The position numbers and the translations under genes are program-made. A stretch of 63,911 nucleotides of DNA, the filler included. It is 4 parts of 4 records of this genome, joined end to end, with 100 filler letters (N's around TTAATTAATTAA, not from the genome) between each part and the next. Parts side by side here need not be neighbours in the genome. Positions count along the whole stretch, not along the records: positions 48,483 to 63,911 come from SRR22947725_4268; 3 more parts are not named here. One strand, 5' to 3'. Below, piece after piece: positions 62,296 to 63,911 of the stretch (its first letter is position 1; every line of letters starts with the position of its first letter). The notes below the pieces were generated by a model. That model ran no database searches. It saw only the letters and a list, made by a program, of their open reading frames with translations, and had not been told where the DNA came from.

Positions 62296-63911
62296 CTATT
62301 CAATAAACACCCCTTCTATTGATCCAGATTTATAAGGGATTTGAGTATTATCACCGGGGTTTAGCACCGAAACAACTTGACCATCTTCATTATACCGAAT
62401 GCCCATTAATACCATCCCAATTGTATCTGAAACTCTGCGTAAATTACCAAAAGTGAAATCGGAAATCGTTTCAGTATTAATTTGACGAATAATTATTCTA
62501 TGATTTCCAGAGCACACCAAGGCATTGATGATATCAATCAAATGGGGGTTCTCAACATATTGTGCAAAAATTTTACTTCCAATTTTATCACTCACGACAA
62601 AATCTAAGTCGAAAAGCTCAGCCATCATATCACGAGAATCTGAAGCATTTAGTTCGGCGATTACGTGTGGACTTTTTGCATCTCCAGCTATTTTTTGCAT
62701 GCTCAAAATCGAACGCATAATATCCAAGTCAGAATTAGCAGGGTGGTCTAGATTAGAGTTTGAAATAATCACAGTATCGGCGCTTGAAACACCAAACGAA
62801 GACAAATCATCAATATTGGCTATATTTCCTGAAAAAACATTTGCGTTACTGGCTTCGAGTTTTGCTAAAATTTCATGATCAATTCTTGCTTTATCTTCCA
62901 AAAGCAAAGTTAATTCGCAACGTTTAGTTTGAATTAGTTTTTCGACAATTTCTGTTGTCGAATGAGAGTAGCCTACTAAATGAACTTTTAATTTTTCCTG
63001 GGTTTTCTGAGACTGTGAAATTAAAGACTTATTTTTTGTATCAATTTGATGAAATGCGGAGTCATCGGACTCATCAACTTTAATTAAGGAGTCATCTTCA
63101 GCAATAATGATTAAGCTGTCGGCGGGTTCTAATATTTTATCTTTCTTAGGGTTAATTAATACGTCTTCATTTGCACTTAATAGCCCTATCGGAATGCAGG
63201 TGGAAAATTTTGATGATGCATTTTCAAAACTTAATCCAGTTAAACCCAAATCAGAAACAGGATCAGATATATAAATTTCATTACCTTCAAAACTTAATAA
63301 CTCTTCATATACTTTTGGGAGATTAGGCTGAAAAATTGTCTCGACAATTAAACGAGCTGGCAGATCTGAAACAATGACTGGTATTACTCTATTTTTTGAC
63401 CCTGCAATTAAGCTGGACGACTCATTTTCATCACTAGACTCCACAATCACTGATGGAATTTCAAATCCCGTTCTATCGAAGTAATTAAATAGAGATATTG
63501 TAGTTTTCAGCCTTGCAAGATGAAGAGTTGATTCCGTATCGTCTCCCAATATCAAAATACGTTTTGCGCCTTTAATATTTAGGTTTTTGAATGTTTCAAA
63601 TGTATCAAGTTTTCTGCTTCGCCAAAATAACTGTGTGTTCTTTGTTGAACCAATAAACCTTTTTACAATTGTTTCTAGTTCGTCATGCTCAAGATTTGAG
63701 GCAATCATAATCTTTGATTGGGCTTCACTTTCATTAGCTAGAACCAGTTCTTCAACAATAGCTGGGACTCGCGAAGACCAACCCAAAATAACGGTATGAC
63801 CATCAAACGGAAATGTCTGAATACCTTTAGATACCTCACGCACTCTGGCATCTATGATTGCCGATAAAAAGCTTATCAATATAGAAAGAACAAAAATCCC
63901 AAAAAGCGTAA
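62296..63911 (-). CDS. CASTOR/POLLUX-like cation channel (last TM helix plus tandem RCK domains), 5' truncated
   Basis: Frame is open to the window end (TLFGIFVLSILISFLSAII...), then HTVILGWS, ELVLANES, YEELLSFEGNEIY, INP, IIIAEDD. Confidence 0.8.
   Translation of the reverse strand, partial: TLFGIFVLSILISFLSAIIDARVREVSKGIQTFPFDGHTVILGWSSRVPAIVEELVLANESEAQSKIMIASNLEHDELETIVKRFIGSTKNTQLFWRSRKLDTFETFKNLNIKGAKRILILGDDTESTLHLARLKTTISLFNYFDRTGFEIPSVIVESSDENESSSLIAGSKNRVIPVIVSDLPARLIVETIFQPNLPKVYEELLSFEGNEIYISDPVSDLGLTGLSFENASSKFSTCIPIGLLSANEDVLINPKKDKILEPADSLIIIAEDDSLIKVDESDDSAFHQIDTKNKSLISQSQKTQEKLKVHLVGYSHSTTEIVEKLIQTKRCELTLLLEDKARIDHEILAKLEASNANVFSGNIANIDDLSSFGVSSADTVIISNSNLDHPANSDLDIMRSILSMQKIAGDAKSPHVIAELNASDSRDMMAELFDLDFVVSDKIGSKIFAQYVENPHLIDIINALVCSGNHRIIIRQINTETISDFTFGNLRRVSDTIGMVLMGIRYNEDGQVVSVLNPGDNTQIPYKSGSIEGVFIE

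Overview
The window is not one genome. It is four unrelated contigs joined by artificial 100-nt linkers (N44-TTAATTAATTAA-N44) at 9638-9737, 34061-34160 and 48383-48482, so no linkage can be inferred across them. (A) 1-9637 is GC-rich, very compact green-algal nuclear DNA: DUS3 fragment, CP29/LHCB4 with an 8-nt first coding exon, a small intron-containing membrane protein, a Sec7 ARF-GEF and a PIH1-domain gene. (B) 9738-34060 is an AT-rich streamlined gammaproteobacterium (SUP05/Thioglobaceae-like by inference). It carries an IclR-linked PotABCD-type ABC locus with two binding-protein paralogs and duplicated promoters, exporters, accA-tilS, a rubrerythrin/Fe-S oxidoreductase/DUF3501 operon with an atypical OxyR, and housekeeping genes up to ispE-tRNA-Gln. 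(C) 34161-48382 is again compact green-algal DNA: MSH6, phosducin-like, GNAT-like, CSLA, ribophorin I, CAO and a sugar transporter. (D) 48483-63911 is a marine alphaproteobacterium (SAR116-like by inference) with a Rieske oxygenase-DUF1116-amidase catabolic cluster, a formamidase, the N-methylglutamate genes mgsABC-gmaS and a CASTOR/POLLUX-like channel. Top leads are the CAO-to-ribophorin I junction (TAA-AAA-ATG, in frame; candidate bicistronic algal locus), the unassigned Rieske/DUF1116/amidase pathway, the duplicated IclR operator/SBP module, and the OxyR lacking the canonical second Cys. All family calls come from motif recognition by eye; no database searches were run.
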